Shown one piece after another: positions 16,261 through 26,124 of a stretch of 64,000 nt of DNA. A model generated the notes under the pieces. The model worked only from the letters and a program-made list of their open reading frames with translations, was not told the origin of the DNA and did no database searches. Positions within the stretch are counted from its first letter, which is position 1, and every line of letters starts with the position of its first letter. A program made the translations under genes and the position numbers. Source of the DNA: a bacterium (GTDB lineage Bacteria > Patescibacteriota > Dojkabacteria > B142 > OLB20); the NCBI GenBank assembly GCA_021463645.1, contig JAJTYI010000005.1, positions 680 to 64,679 on the forward strand, read 5' to 3'.

Positions 16261-18498
16261 ATGGATTTCTTTTCGTACACATTTTATTTTGCTGTTATCT
16301 TTATTGTTCTACTGAATCTATTACTATTAAACGTCCTTACCAAAAATAAACAAGCAAGGATTTTTTTATTAATGTCTATATTCTTAATACTTTGGTTAAC
16401 TTCGATCAAAGTTTTGTACTTCCCTCATGAAATCAATTTAACAACAGAATCAATCCTATTAGTAGGCAGAATCGGCTTTTTATCCCCTCTCACTTACTTA
16501 GTCTTCTTCAGCTTATTTACTTTTAGCCTAAATGAAAAACCATTACGATTACAAAAACTTTTATTATTCTTAAGTATCATAATTTCATCGGTTACAGTGC
16601 CTCTCCTATTTTCCAAAGGTTTCATTAGTAATATTGTTTATTTAAATAATCAACCTACCCAGGTTAGGGGTGTATATGCTAACTTTGTTCTAATTTCTTT
16701 CCTACTGGTAGTAATTATTTCACTGGTAAATCTTGCGATCTCATACATCTTTGTGGGAGGTCAAATACGTAAGCAAATTAAATACATTTCAATTGGATTC
16801 CTAATAATTACGATCATTACCTTAATTACTAATTTAATTATCCCCTTTTTTACGAATATTAACTCGAGCTCGACATTATTACCAATTTCAACATCAATAC
16901 TAATGTTGAGTGTATTTATCTCTATGCTCAAATACCAACTCTTTGATGTCAGACTATTATTGGGAAAGTTTATATATTATTTCGTAGTATCACTTCCTCC
17001 CTATATAGTTTATTTTCTGTTAGCTTTTATATACGAAGGTATATATGGAACCTCATTCAATAATTACGCATACATCATTGGTATACCAGTTGCATTTATT
17101 TTTACATACTTCATCAATACATTTAATAAATATATCTCTGAATATACTGATTCCCATCTTATTAACCCAGGATACAACCCTCTTGTAGTTTTAGAACAAC
17201 TTAGACAAAGGCTCACCACTAGCTTAGATATTGAGAAAATAAGTCAAGAATCATTGTTTATGATCTCTAGAACACTACGCCCTGATTCTTCTGGCGTAAT
17301 TATTATGACGAATAATCAGACAAATGAGCTCCTTTCATTCAATTACAAGAAAGATCCTTATCCTTCATCTCAGGATTTTAATATATTTTTACAGTTTTTT
17401 ATATCCAAAAACATAAGAACCATAACCTCAAATGATTTAAAGGACCCCCAACAATACACTTCATTAGACCGTATGTTAAAAAGCCACATACTAAGTCAAA
17501 TGGAAAAATACGAGTTAGAAGTTATGATAGCTTTAAAGGAAGAACAAAAAGTACGGGGATTATTATTAGTGGGGTACAAAGAAGCAAAAGCTCCTTATAA
17601 TTCACAAGAACTGAAATTACTAATAAGCATCGCCGAAACTATGAGTCTCGGAATCGGTAGAGCTCTACTTTACAAAGAGATACAACAATTTAATGAAACT
17701 CTTCAAAAGAAGGTCAAAGATGCTACAGCCCAGTTGCAACAAAAGAATAAAGCCCTAGAAGAAGCTCTATTAAAGTTAGAAGAAGTCCGCAGACAAGAAA
17801 AAGATATGCTTGATGTAATGGGACACGAACTAAGAACTCCAATATCAATTGCTAGAAATTCCGTAGTAACCTTGCAAAAACATATTAGTAAAAATGATAC
17901 TAATCCCGAAAAACTCGCAAAATATACTAAAATGGCAGTTGAGTCAATTCGTAGAGAGATAGCATTAATTGAAACTTTTCTTTCAACTACGAAACTAGAA
18001 GGTGGAAGAATGCAGGTAAACAGTGAGAAAGTTTCCCTAAAAGATGTAATCCACGAAAGTCTTGAGGGTCATAATGACCTTTCGAAAAGAAATAATACCA
18101 AAGTAATTTATACAGAACCCGAAAATGATATTTATGTTATTGCTGACAAGATCAGGATACAAGAGGTGATGGATAATTTTCTTAATAATGCGATAAAATA
18201 TACTGGTGAAGGGAATGTAGAAATCAAAATGTATGAACAGGAAAGTCTTGGTTGGATAGATGTAAAAGATGATGGAATTGGGATATCCGCTGAGAATCTT
18301 CAAAAATTAGGTAGGAAGTTCTTCAGAGCACAGACTCTTTATAACCAATCAAATAATGTAGTAAATCCAAGTGGTACAGGGTTAGGATTATTTGTAAGTT
18401 TTCAACTGATTGATTTAATGCATGGTAAGAGAAAAGTTACTAGTCAGGAAGGTCAGGGGTCTACCTTTTCCTTCGGCCTACCCTTGTTTTCAGAATGA
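16261..18498 (+). CDS. Sensor histidine kinase with a large polytopic N-terminal membrane domain
   Basis: 745 aa. About 8-9 TM helices, a central GAF/PAS-sized region, a coiled coil, the HisKA box MGHELRTPIS, and HATPase_c boxes NNAIKYT, DDGIGI and GTGLGL. Confidence 0.85.
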   Translation: MDFFSYTFYFAVIFIVLLNLLLLNVLTKNKQARIFLLMSIFLILWLTSIKVLYFPHEINLTTESILLVGRIGFLSPLTYLVFFSLFTFSLNEKPLRLQKLLLFLSIIISSVTVPLLFSKGFISNIVYLNNQPTQVRGVYANFVLISFLLVVIISLVNLAISYIFVGGQIRKQIKYISIGFLIITIITLITNLIIPFFTNINSSSTLLPISTSILMLSVFISMLKYQLFDVRLLLGKFIYYFVVSLPPYIVYFLLAFIYEGIYGTSFNNYAYIIGIPVAFIFTYFINTFNKYISEYTDSHLINPGYNPLVVLEQLRQRLTTSLDIEKISQESLFMISRTLRPDSSGVIIMTNNQTNELLSFNYKKDPYPSSQDFNIFLQFFISKNIRTITSNDLKDPQQYTSLDRMLKSHILSQMEKYELEVMIALKEEQKVRGLLLVGYKEAKAPYNSQELKLLISIAETMSLGIGRALLYKEIQQFNETLQKKVKDATAQLQQKNKALEEALLKLEEVRRQEKDMLDVMGHELRTPISIARNSVVTLQKHISKNDTNPEKLAKYTKMAVESIRREIALIETFLSTTKLEGGRMQVNSEKVSLKDVIHESLEGHNDLSKRNNTKVIYTEPENDIYVIADKIRIQEVMDNFLNNAIKYTGEGNVEIKMYEQESLGWIDVKDDGIGISAENLQKLGRKFFRAQTLYNQSNNVVNPSGTGLGLFVSFQLIDLMHGKRKVTSQEGQGSTFSFGLPLFSE

Positions 18499-19268
18499 TT
18501 TATACTATCTCTAATTGATTCAAAGACTTTGAGAGTTCTAGAGTCCTTAGGGTAGTATTTAACTATTATAAATCGATTATCACTACTAAATCTGTTCAGC
18601 AGAATGTCGATGTTTAGTATATTATTGCCATATTTCAGATGAAACTCATTTTTAATCGGGAAATATTTCAATTCACTTTCTGTTTTCCATGCATTCTTGA
18701 AAGATACATCCTTTAGCAATTCTCTAATCTCGGAATTTGTAAATGACTCGTTCCTATATTTATTAGACACATATTTATATGTATCTACTTGTTGTTTAAT
18801 AATCTTTCCTAATTTTTCTTTTGGAATTTTGTTACGAATATTAAATTCTGAAAAAAATAACAATCTCATACATGTATAACCTCTATATTTTTCAGCCGAA
18901 TTATCATCTGCACCAATCAATTTCAATATCATTTTGTTCCAATCCCACACGCGTAATTTTGTATCAATTAAATAAGCTGGAATTCTTTCGTTTTTAATTT
19001 CTTCCGAAACCAACCCCACCACCCTTTCAATCTCATCAACATCCGGGCTGGATTTTTGCAAGCTAATCAAATAGTTGAATTCGTCATCGTGCAAGTCCAA
19101 CACTTGAGCGATTTTGATGATAGTTTCTTTTGTGGGATTGATATTTCCGTTTTCGATTCTGGATAGTGTACCAAATGAAAGCCCGGCTTCGACTTCAAGT
19201 TTTGTTTGACTGAGAGAGCGATCTTCTCTCAGAACATAGATTTTCCTGCCTAATGGTAGTTCATCCAT
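18453..19268 (-). CDS. XRE-family HTH regulator with an MmyB-like C-terminal domain
   Basis: 271 aa. N-terminal HTH LSQTKLEVEAGLSFGTLSRIENG. C-terminal PAYLIDTKLRVWDWNKMILKLIG resembles MmyB-type ligand domains. Its 3' end overlaps the kinase 3' end by 46 nt in convergent orientation. Confidence 0.6.
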   Translation of the reverse strand: MDELPLGRKIYVLREDRSLSQTKLEVEAGLSFGTLSRIENGNINPTKETIIKIAQVLDLHDDEFNYLISLQKSSPDVDEIERVVGLVSEEIKNERIPAYLIDTKLRVWDWNKMILKLIGADDNSAEKYRGYTCMRLLFFSEFNIRNKIPKEKLGKIIKQQVDTYKYVSNKYRNESFTNSEIRELLKDVSFKNAWKTESELKYFPIKNEFHLKYGNNILNIDILLNRFSSDNRFIIVKYYPKDSRTLKVFESIRDSINHSENKGRPKEKVDP

Positions 19269-19345
19269 GGTAAATATTTCTTTCGGGGTAATTATACTAC
19301 ATTTATAGAGGATTTCTTTGCGTTAGAACGCAATAAAACTTATAC

Positions 19346-20140
19346 TCAATTATCAAAATTTTCCAACAGCTTATTTAATTCTGAATCATTTCTAACAAAC
19401 TCTTTCAGATACTTACGTTCTTTATCCGAAAATTTTCTAGCTTCTTTTTCTAAATATTTTTGAAAGTCTTTACCGGCTGGGTCAATTTTATATTGAAGTT
19501 TTAGAGATGTGATAATTTCAACAAAATTATCTATAATTACATCTCTGCCGTCCAACTCAATTTTCAATAACATTGGAAGGATTTTGTGGAAATACTGAAC
19601 GTATCCGTTCATTGTGTGGAGTGCAGTCTTGTAAACTATCTGTTTACCATTCAAAATGCAATATACATTGGATGCCCAAGCGTATGCATCAGCCATATTC
19701 CTATCTAACCGAGCTTTGTCACCAAGAAATAACAAACATGAGAATTTATCTAATTTCTGACTTTGTTTCCATTCATCTGAAAGTGCATATTTAAATTTTG
19801 TTACGAAGTTGGCTTCAGATTTTAATCCCTCTAAAATCTTCAATGCTAATTCATAACTCCTTTGATGATGATCTTCCTGCCCATCTTTTCCTTCTGCTGG
19901 TCTGTAAACATCATGAAGTAGACCTGCAATGAATAATTCTTCAGGTTTTTCATATTTATTTAATAGAGCTAGTTCATAGCTTTCCACTGCCACCTCTAAT
20001 ACATGACCAAATCCATGACCTATAGAAGGAGGGCTAGTATCAATCCATAATCTGAGGAGTGATTGGACATAGGGCTCCAAATCATGGCTATGTATGATTT
20101 CTTTCGCTTTTAATAAATAATCAGTATTATTCTTATTCAA
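19346..20140 (-). CDS. HD-domain phosphohydrolase
   Basis: 264 aa. GHGFGHVLEV and GLLHDVYRP (the H...HD metal ligands). Confidence 0.65.
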   Translation of the reverse strand: MNKNNTDYLLKAKEIIHSHDLEPYVQSLLRLWIDTSPPSIGHGFGHVLEVAVESYELALLNKYEKPEELFIAGLLHDVYRPAEGKDGQEDHHQRSYELALKILEGLKSEANFVTKFKYALSDEWKQSQKLDKFSCLLFLGDKARLDRNMADAYAWASNVYCILNGKQIVYKTALHTMNGYVQYFHKILPMLLKIELDGRDVIIDNFVEIITSLKLQYKIDPAGKDFQKYLEKEARKFSDKERKYLKEFVRNDSELNKLLENFDN

Positions 20141-20155
20141 GATAGATATGATAGT

Positions 20156-21250
20156 TTAAAGTTTTCTTTCAATCATATAATCCGCAATCCCTTCCAGGTA
20201 ATTCACTCCTTCTTCAGTCCAGCCAGCCTCGTCTTTGTATTTCAGAAGAGCATTTTTTGCCTCTATAACTAAATCCAAAGCTTTTTTCTTCGAAATTTCA
20301 AGTGAACCAGTTTCTATCATAATTTCTCTAACCTTATCGACATCACTCTTTGTTGCCGTAGGGTTTCCGATTACCTCGTCTAAAACTTTTTTCTGGTTTT
20401 TTGTAGCTTTATTATATGCATGATAAGTTAAAAGTGTTTGTTTTCCTTCTACAATATCCCCATCAGCTGATTTACCAGTACTTTCTTCATCTCCAAATGT
20501 TCCTAGAATATCATCTTGTATCTGAAAAGCTACACCACCAGGAATAGCATATTTAGCAAGCATATCTAATTTTTCATCAGACGCACCAGCTAATATTGCT
20601 CCTACCTGAATCGGATTGTTGTAAGTGTAGATTCCAGTTTTCCAATACAGAACATTAATAATATCTTCTTCCGTTAGCTCTGAACGCACTTCATTCAACA
20701 TATCATGTATTTGCCCATGACCAGTGATGATGATTTGATTGTTCAGTTGATTAACTGCTCTCTTAATTAATTCGAGATCGAAACTTGAGTTATTAATGAC
20801 ATTCAAAGCAATGTGATCACATATCAAACCTACATTCACAGCTATTGTATTACCAAAATGTGTACTATCTTTCTTGTAGATATTTTTTGCATGCCAAACT
20901 CTGTAAGTTTCATTAATTGTAGGATATCCTCGTCTTTTCGAAGCGATATCCATAAAATCGTCTTCAACTAGTAAGAAAACATGCACCAATTCTATTGCAG
21001 CTGCGATTTTAATGATTTCTTCTTCATTTCTACCTCCACTTAGTTTGTAAGTGTAGTATACGAATGAAGGTCTTAGACGCTTCCCGCTGACTAAACTGAT
21101 GTTTTTTAGTTCAGTCATATAGTCAACTGCAAGTTTTGTGTAATTTTCAGCTTCCTTGATTTCTTTGTCCAATATTTCACCCAAGACATTGTCGACCTTT
21201 TCTTTGAAAATCCCTAAAGATTGTTTGGCAAGTTGTGCTTTCGAATTCAT
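20156..21250 (-). CDS. Polyprenyl diphosphate synthase (trans-isoprenyl, GGPP/FPP synthase family)
   Basis: 364 aa. First Asp-rich motif LLVEDDFMD...RRG and second motif FQIQDDILGTFGD. Confidence 0.85.
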   Translation of the reverse strand: MNSKAQLAKQSLGIFKEKVDNVLGEILDKEIKEAENYTKLAVDYMTELKNISLVSGKRLRPSFVYYTYKLSGGRNEEEIIKIAAAIELVHVFLLVEDDFMDIASKRRGYPTINETYRVWHAKNIYKKDSTHFGNTIAVNVGLICDHIALNVINNSSFDLELIKRAVNQLNNQIIITGHGQIHDMLNEVRSELTEEDIINVLYWKTGIYTYNNPIQVGAILAGASDEKLDMLAKYAIPGGVAFQIQDDILGTFGDEESTGKSADGDIVEGKQTLLTYHAYNKATKNQKKVLDEVIGNPTATKSDVDKVREIMIETGSLEISKKKALDLVIEAKNALLKYKDEAGWTEEGVNYLEGIADYMIERKL

Positions 21251-21398
21251 TGAAATAAAAGGAAATTAAAGCCAATTATAAGGCTTTTAACAGAACTTGG
21301 CAAAGCATAAATTGTTACAATCTTGTGCCATGGCACGAAGTAAAATCTGAATAATTTAACTAGAATCTTCTCATAACTATTTATTAAAGATTTAATAC

Positions 21399-22709
21399 AT
21401 GAGAAGCCTAATATTGATACCCTTTTTATTGCTGATTCTTGGAATAACTCCAATCTTGTTCATCCAAAAAATATCGACACAAGCTCAAACTGTTTCACCT
21501 CCAAATTATAAGCTGGAAGTTACTTCAGAGAATAGTAGTCAAATCCCACCAGAAGTCGTCAACTCAATCTTAGATACAATTACTAACCGTTGGCAGGGTG
21601 ATACTCCCTTAAACAATATATTTTTTGTCCCGAGCATTCGTTGGGAAAATGATTGGGCTATTGCGGACATTCATTACAAGAAAAGTAGTGTCGACTATAC
21701 TAATCCAGAGAACTCTCCAATCAATAATTCCGTTTCGATGATTCTGGCAATAAACTCAAGAGGTGCTTGGCAATCTGCATTTACCGACGAACCACAGGCA
21801 GCTGACATTGCAAGGTTAATTCCTGATGAAGAGTTGTCCTACGAGGCCAAAACCACTCTTCTTACCCATTTCCCCAGTCAGTACAAAACGATGGCTTTAA
21901 ATATTGATTATAAATTACCGTGGTCGAAATCTGGAACAAAGTTTTTCTTCTCGGGAGTCAGAACTACAAACACTCAACCATGTCCAAATAACTCAGGCTG
22001 GCATGGAGCACTGCCATATTTAGGTGGCGAGCCTTGTCATGCACTTGATTTCGCCCCAAGGCTCAGTTCTACAGTGACGAATGCAGACATTCTTTCTCCC
22101 GTTACAGGTTATGTTTATCAAATCTGCAAAAACCCAGGCTCACAAAAACAATCAGCCCTTGCAATCAAAGCTACAAATAGTAACCAAATTATAGGAATCT
22201 GGCATCTTGATAAAGATACAATTCCCTCACGAATCAAACAGGGTGAACTAATTAAACAAGGAGAATTTCTCGGTCAGATGGTCGAAGGATCTGTGAACGA
22301 ATCAAAATCAACATGTCCCCTAGTCTCCCAGGGAACTCATATTCATATTGTATCCCCATATAGACCCTTTACTATTGATTCTTATACTTTTACCCTTGAA
22401 GACAAAGTAATATTTAACGAGTCTGAACATACTATGAGTGCCTTCCAAAACACAAATATGGTAAGTACTAATGAAAATGATTCAAATAACCCTACAACTT
22501 GCAGACCACCTATATCTGGAGACTGGGTGATTTTAGAGAATTGTGATTTGTCATCCTCTGCCTCCGTTCCCAATAATCTAATAATTAACGAGGGAAAATC
22601 GCTAACAATAAATAGCAATGTTACACTTGATATGGATTTAGGATATTATAAAATTCTTATAAAACCCAACGCTAAATTACTAGTTAACTCCAATGCTAAA
22701 ATCATTTAA
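21399..22709 (+). CDS. Secreted protein with an M23 (LytM)-like peptidase core and a C-terminal beta-helix-like tail
   Basis: 436 aa with a signal peptide. CHALDFAP...ILSPVTGYV...IWHLDKD...IKQGEFLGQ...GTHIHI follows the order of M23 motifs (H-x-x-D, HxH). The first motif's spacing is atypical. Confidence 0.45.
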   Translation: MRSLILIPFLLLILGITPILFIQKISTQAQTVSPPNYKLEVTSENSSQIPPEVVNSILDTITNRWQGDTPLNNIFFVPSIRWENDWAIADIHYKKSSVDYTNPENSPINNSVSMILAINSRGAWQSAFTDEPQAADIARLIPDEELSYEAKTTLLTHFPSQYKTMALNIDYKLPWSKSGTKFFFSGVRTTNTQPCPNNSGWHGALPYLGGEPCHALDFAPRLSSTVTNADILSPVTGYVYQICKNPGSQKQSALAIKATNSNQIIGIWHLDKDTIPSRIKQGELIKQGEFLGQMVEGSVNESKSTCPLVSQGTHIHIVSPYRPFTIDSYTFTLEDKVIFNESEHTMSAFQNTNMVSTNENDSNNPTTCRPPISGDWVILENCDLSSSASVPNNLIINEGKSLTINSNVTLDMDLGYYKILIKPNAKLLVNSNAKII

Positions 22710-23316
22710 CAAAAAACCTATGAAAAGATTCATCATAATAATTTTTGCGACAATCCTCCTTGTATATGCTGGAATGAATGCTCAAGAATTAATTCAAAAA
22801 GAAAAAACCACTTCACAAGAGGATGTTGTTACGATTACCCCATCACCAACTATTAAAATTCCCACAATCTCAAACACATTCGTTCTTTCAGAAAACACAG
22901 ATTCATCGCAGACCACTCTAACACTAGAAAGTATTGGAAAATATAATGATGAAATTATTAAATCGGAAAAGACATCTTCTCAGTGGAAGTTATCTCAAAA
23001 TGACACATTGCTTCAAATTTCAATAAATCCTAGTGACACATCACCCTTTGGGGCTGACTTAGAACCTGACATAACATTATTAAATTCCCGACTCACGGCT
23101 AATCAAATCTATAGAGTCAAAGTCGATGAGAACTTCTACTTTTACACAAATAGATACTACAACGACTCATGTGGACAGCGATATTGTTCTAATGGTCTTT
23201 TGAGCACCGATAGTGGCGAAGACCTGTCAATATATTGTGTGCTTGGGGAAAGTAGTCCGGACGAACTCAGCTTCTGTGACAATATCGTAGTAAATCTAAA
23301 CGATAAAAGTATTTAA
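22693..23316 (+). CDS. Hypothetical N-terminally anchored or secreted protein
   Basis: 207 aa. N-terminal hydrophobic segment FIIIIFATILLVYAG and C-terminal cysteines. No recognisable domain. Confidence 0.35.
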   Translation: MLKSFNKKPMKRFIIIIFATILLVYAGMNAQELIQKEKTTSQEDVVTITPSPTIKIPTISNTFVLSENTDSSQTTLTLESIGKYNDEIIKSEKTSSQWKLSQNDTLLQISINPSDTSPFGADLEPDITLLNSRLTANQIYRVKVDENFYFYTNRYYNDSCGQRYCSNGLLSTDSGEDLSIYCVLGESSPDELSFCDNIVVNLNDKSI

Positions 23317-23771
23317 CCTGTGCATACATCTGGGAAGAAGAACGTAAACCCAGGGGTTCCGTCAAATTGTAGATAACAATTACTAGTACCAGAGATCATG
23401 GTCGCCATTACTGACGAGATTATCATTCTGGATAAGTAGAACAATACTATTCCAATCAACCACCTACCAAAGCGACTTTTCGCGTCTTCGATTTTATTTG
23501 TGTCACTCGTAAAGAACGAATAAGCGATAAGAATGAAATACGCCAACCATAAAAAACCACCCAATGCCCAAGCAATATATATGAATCTCACCAATACAAA
23601 TTCAAATGTTTGAAGTGTAGGTGGTCTGCAATCAGGATCTATACTATCTACGGGGCAATCATTTAAAAAATCAGTCTGGCCACCTTGTGCTTGAACAGTT
23701 ACGACCTGGGTGGATACAATCATAAATGTAATTGAGATAGTAATCAAAATTGATATTATTTTATTTTTCAT
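23313..23771 (-). CDS. VirB2/TrbC-like two-helix pilin-family protein (divergent member 1 of 9)
   Basis: 152 aa. Signal peptide ending VQAQ, a short Cys-containing N-terminal region, then helix - SDTNKIEDAKSRF loop - helix. Confidence 0.5.
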   Translation of the reverse strand: MKNKIISILITISITFMIVSTQVVTVQAQGGQTDFLNDCPVDSIDPDCRPPTLQTFEFVLVRFIYIAWALGGFLWLAYFILIAYSFFTSDTNKIEDAKSRFGRWLIGIVLFYLSRMIISSVMATMISGTSNCYLQFDGTPGFTFFFPDVCTG

Positions 23772-23933
23772 GACTCACAAACTTAATATATTCTATAGTA
23801 GCGCAGAACAAATATTTAATCTAGTTAAGGGATACGAATAAATAATTCTTGTTATTGTTTAAGTCTATATGAGGCTATAACCTTTATAGGCACTAATTGA
23901 ACACCTAATCATGTACTACTCTATTTAACACAT

Positions 23934-23960
23934 AAAAAAGGCTACTTTTGTAGCCTTTTC
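23934..23960 (-). terminator. Rho-independent terminator (bidirectional hairpin) after pilin paralogue P1
   Basis: aaaaaaGGCTAC-tttt-GTAGCCtttt. On the minus strand the stem is followed by a T-run. It lies 27 nt downstream of the stop at 23987. Confidence 0.65.
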
Positions 23961-23986
23961 ATTGTCAATCATGCTTTTGCTATTAA

Positions 23987-24610
23987 TCAAGGTGCTGGTG
24001 GTACTACACCTCCATCTGGAGTTCCTAATGGAGTTCCTCCATTCAATGGATCTTTACAATCTCCAGGGATAGCAGTTTCTGGTTGTGTTCCTGCAGCATA
24101 AGCAGCATACCAAGCGTTACAAGCAGTACATTGCGAATTTTCTACATCTGCCTTACAAATTTCACAACCATTACTATTTGGGGCACTCAAACATACCTGA
24201 GTAAGTGTTGGGTCTACTCTTCCTGCTCCAAAGAAAACGAATACTAGAACTACACCTACTATTCCTATCAACATTGCTGCTATTCCCATAAATATCGCCT
24301 TGATTGCTTTCTGTGCTTCTTCAATTTTACCAGGGTCACCTTGTGATTGGATATATTTAAATGCTGCAATCAACGCATAAACTACTGCTACAAGAATTAT
24401 TAATCCAAGTGCTATGTACAATCCTGTACGAACTCGACCTGAGATGAATGATGCTGTTCCTGAGCCATCCTCTCCGAAAAGGTTAAAAATTTCATTAATT
24501 TGTTCTGGAAGTAAATTCGAAGTTTGTGCAGAAACTGCTGTTGGTAGGATTAACACAATCCCCAACATTATAAATATACTAATGACGAACCTTAATGACA
24601 ATTTATACAT
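23987..24610 (-). CDS. VirB2/TrbC-like pilin-family protein, tandem paralogue P1 (six-Cys C-terminal tail)
   Basis: 207 aa. Signal peptide (…AVSAQ). An 82-aa core identical to P2 (ASFISGRVRTGLYIALG…SQGDPGKIEEAQKAIKA…FFGAGRVDP). A variable Cys/Pro-rich tail. Confidence 0.65.
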   Translation of the reverse strand: MYKLSLRFVISIFIMLGIVLILPTAVSAQTSNLLPEQINEIFNLFGEDGSGTASFISGRVRTGLYIALGLIILVAVVYALIAAFKYIQSQGDPGKIEEAQKAIKAIFMGIAAMLIGIVGVVLVFVFFGAGRVDPTLTQVCLSAPNSNGCEICKADVENSQCTACNAWYAAYAAGTQPETAIPGDCKDPLNGGTPLGTPDGGVVPPAP

Positions 24611-24716
24611 ACATGTAAAGTAATAATTATAAAAATTTGTAAGTTGTTAAATACTGATTAAAACTTTAAATATCTGCAATCAACTAATTTCATATCAAGA
24701 CCTTTATTCAATTATT

Positions 24717-25346
24717 TTAAGGTATATCTGTTGGTATAACCGGGTTCGGGGTAGTTCCCAACGGAGCACCTTCATTAAGCGGATCCTTACAATAATTTAG
24801 AGTATCGTCAATTACGTTTGCACTATCTCTAGCATAATCAGCGTATGCATCTTCACATGATAAACAAATAGCACTGCTTGTGTCTTCCTTACAAGCTTCA
24901 CAACCCACACTGTTTGGAGCACTTAAACACACTTGGGTAAGATTTGGATCAACTCTTCCTGCACCAAAAAATACGAATACCAATACAACCCCTACTATTC
25001 CTATTAACATCGCTGCTATTCCCATAAAAATCGCCTTGATTGCTTTCTGTGCTTCTTCAATTTTACCGGGGTCTCCTTGTGATTGAATATATTTAAATGC
25101 AGCTATCAAAGCATAGACTACTGCAACAAGTATTATTAATCCTAGTGCTATATAAAGGCCAGTTCGTACTCTACCTGAGATAAAAGAGGCTGCACCAGAA
25201 CCATCTCGACCAAACAAATCAAATATCGCTTGAATCTGTTCTGGTATGAGACTTGAATTTTGTGCACTCACACCACTAGGCAATAGTAATAATACTGTCA
25301 ACACTCCCATAAAACTAATTGTTAAATGGCTAAATTGATTTTTCAT
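24717..25346 (-). CDS. VirB2/TrbC-like pilin-family protein, tandem paralogue P2
   Basis: 209 aa. Same architecture as P1. Shares with P3 a 79-nt identical DNA stretch covering the SAPNSVGCEACKEDTSSAICLSCED segment. Confidence 0.65.
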   Translation of the reverse strand: MKNQFSHLTISFMGVLTVLLLLPSGVSAQNSSLIPEQIQAIFDLFGRDGSGAASFISGRVRTGLYIALGLIILVAVVYALIAAFKYIQSQGDPGKIEEAQKAIKAIFMGIAAMLIGIVGVVLVFVFFGAGRVDPNLTQVCLSAPNSVGCEACKEDTSSAICLSCEDAYADYARDSANVIDDTLNYCKDPLNEGAPLGTTPNPVIPTDIP

Positions 25347-25451
25347 AATTAATTATTAAATAAATAATTTAGGTTATTAATTTTTACTATTAGTAAGTTA
25401 TAGGTAGGCAATACAAAGTTTATTATTTTCAAATACTTTTTTATTAATCTA

Positions 25452-26096
25452 TTAATCAGGATCTGGAACATTTGCAGGTACTGTGCCTAACGGATCTCCT
25501 CCATCTAGAGGATCTTTGCAGAACTTATAGTTAGTATCCAAATCAGCAATTTGTGCGGCAGCATTTGCAGCAGCTGCAGCAGCCACGTCAGCATAGATAT
25601 CTTCACATGATAAACAAATAGCACTGCTTGTGTCTTCCTTACAAGCTTCACAACCCACACTGTTTGGAGCACTTAAACATACCTGAGTAAGATTTGGGTC
25701 AACTCTTCCTGCACCAAAAAATACGAATACCAGGACTACGCCGACTATTCCTATTAACATCGCTGCTATTCCCATAAAAATCGCTTTGATTGCTTTTTGT
25801 GCTTCTTCAATTTTACCGGGGTCTCCTTGTGATTGTATATATTTAAATGCGGCAATTAATGCGTAAATGACAGCTACCAGTATTATCATACCAAGAGCGA
25901 TGTACAAACCAGTACGAACTCGACCAGAGATAAATGATGCAGTTCCTGTTCCGTCTCTACCGAATAAGTCAAATATTGATTTAATCTGATCTGGTAGTAG
26001 TCCAGAATTTTGTGCTTCAACACTTAGAGGTGTTATGAACATTAATAACAAGAATGAGAAGACAACACCCAAACCGATAGTTAGTAAATTACGCAT
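25452..26096 (-). CDS. VirB2/TrbC-like pilin-family protein, tandem paralogue P3
   Basis: 214 aa. Same core as P1 and P2. The tail has an Ala-rich insert (ADVAAAAAANAAAQIADL). Confidence 0.65.
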   Translation of the reverse strand: MRNLLTIGLGVVFSFLLLMFITPLSVEAQNSGLLPDQIKSIFDLFGRDGTGTASFISGRVRTGLYIALGMIILVAVIYALIAAFKYIQSQGDPGKIEEAQKAIKAIFMGIAAMLIGIVGVVLVFVFFGAGRVDPNLTQVCLSAPNSVGCEACKEDTSSAICLSCEDIYADVAAAAAANAAAQIADLDTNYKFCKDPLDGGDPLGTVPANVPDPD

Positions 26097-26124
26097 TTCT
26101 GATATTAATTAATAAATAAATATT

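Noticed and set aside
18453-18498. 46-nt convergent overlap of the histidine kinase and XRE regulator 3' ends, considered as an antisense regulatory feature
   Set aside because: Both ORF ends are plausible and short convergent overlaps are common in compact genomes. No additional structure or motif was seen.
21247-21453. 68-aa minus-strand ORF between the polyprenyl synthase and the M23-like gene
   Set aside because: It overlaps the start of the M23-like gene, which carries a signal peptide, and has no motifs. The region is more likely the divergent promoter.
23772-23933. Possible small RNA in the 215-nt gap between pilin genes
   Set aside because: Apart from the terminator hairpin at 23934-23960, only weak 6-bp AT-rich palindromes were seen, and there is no convincing conserved structure.
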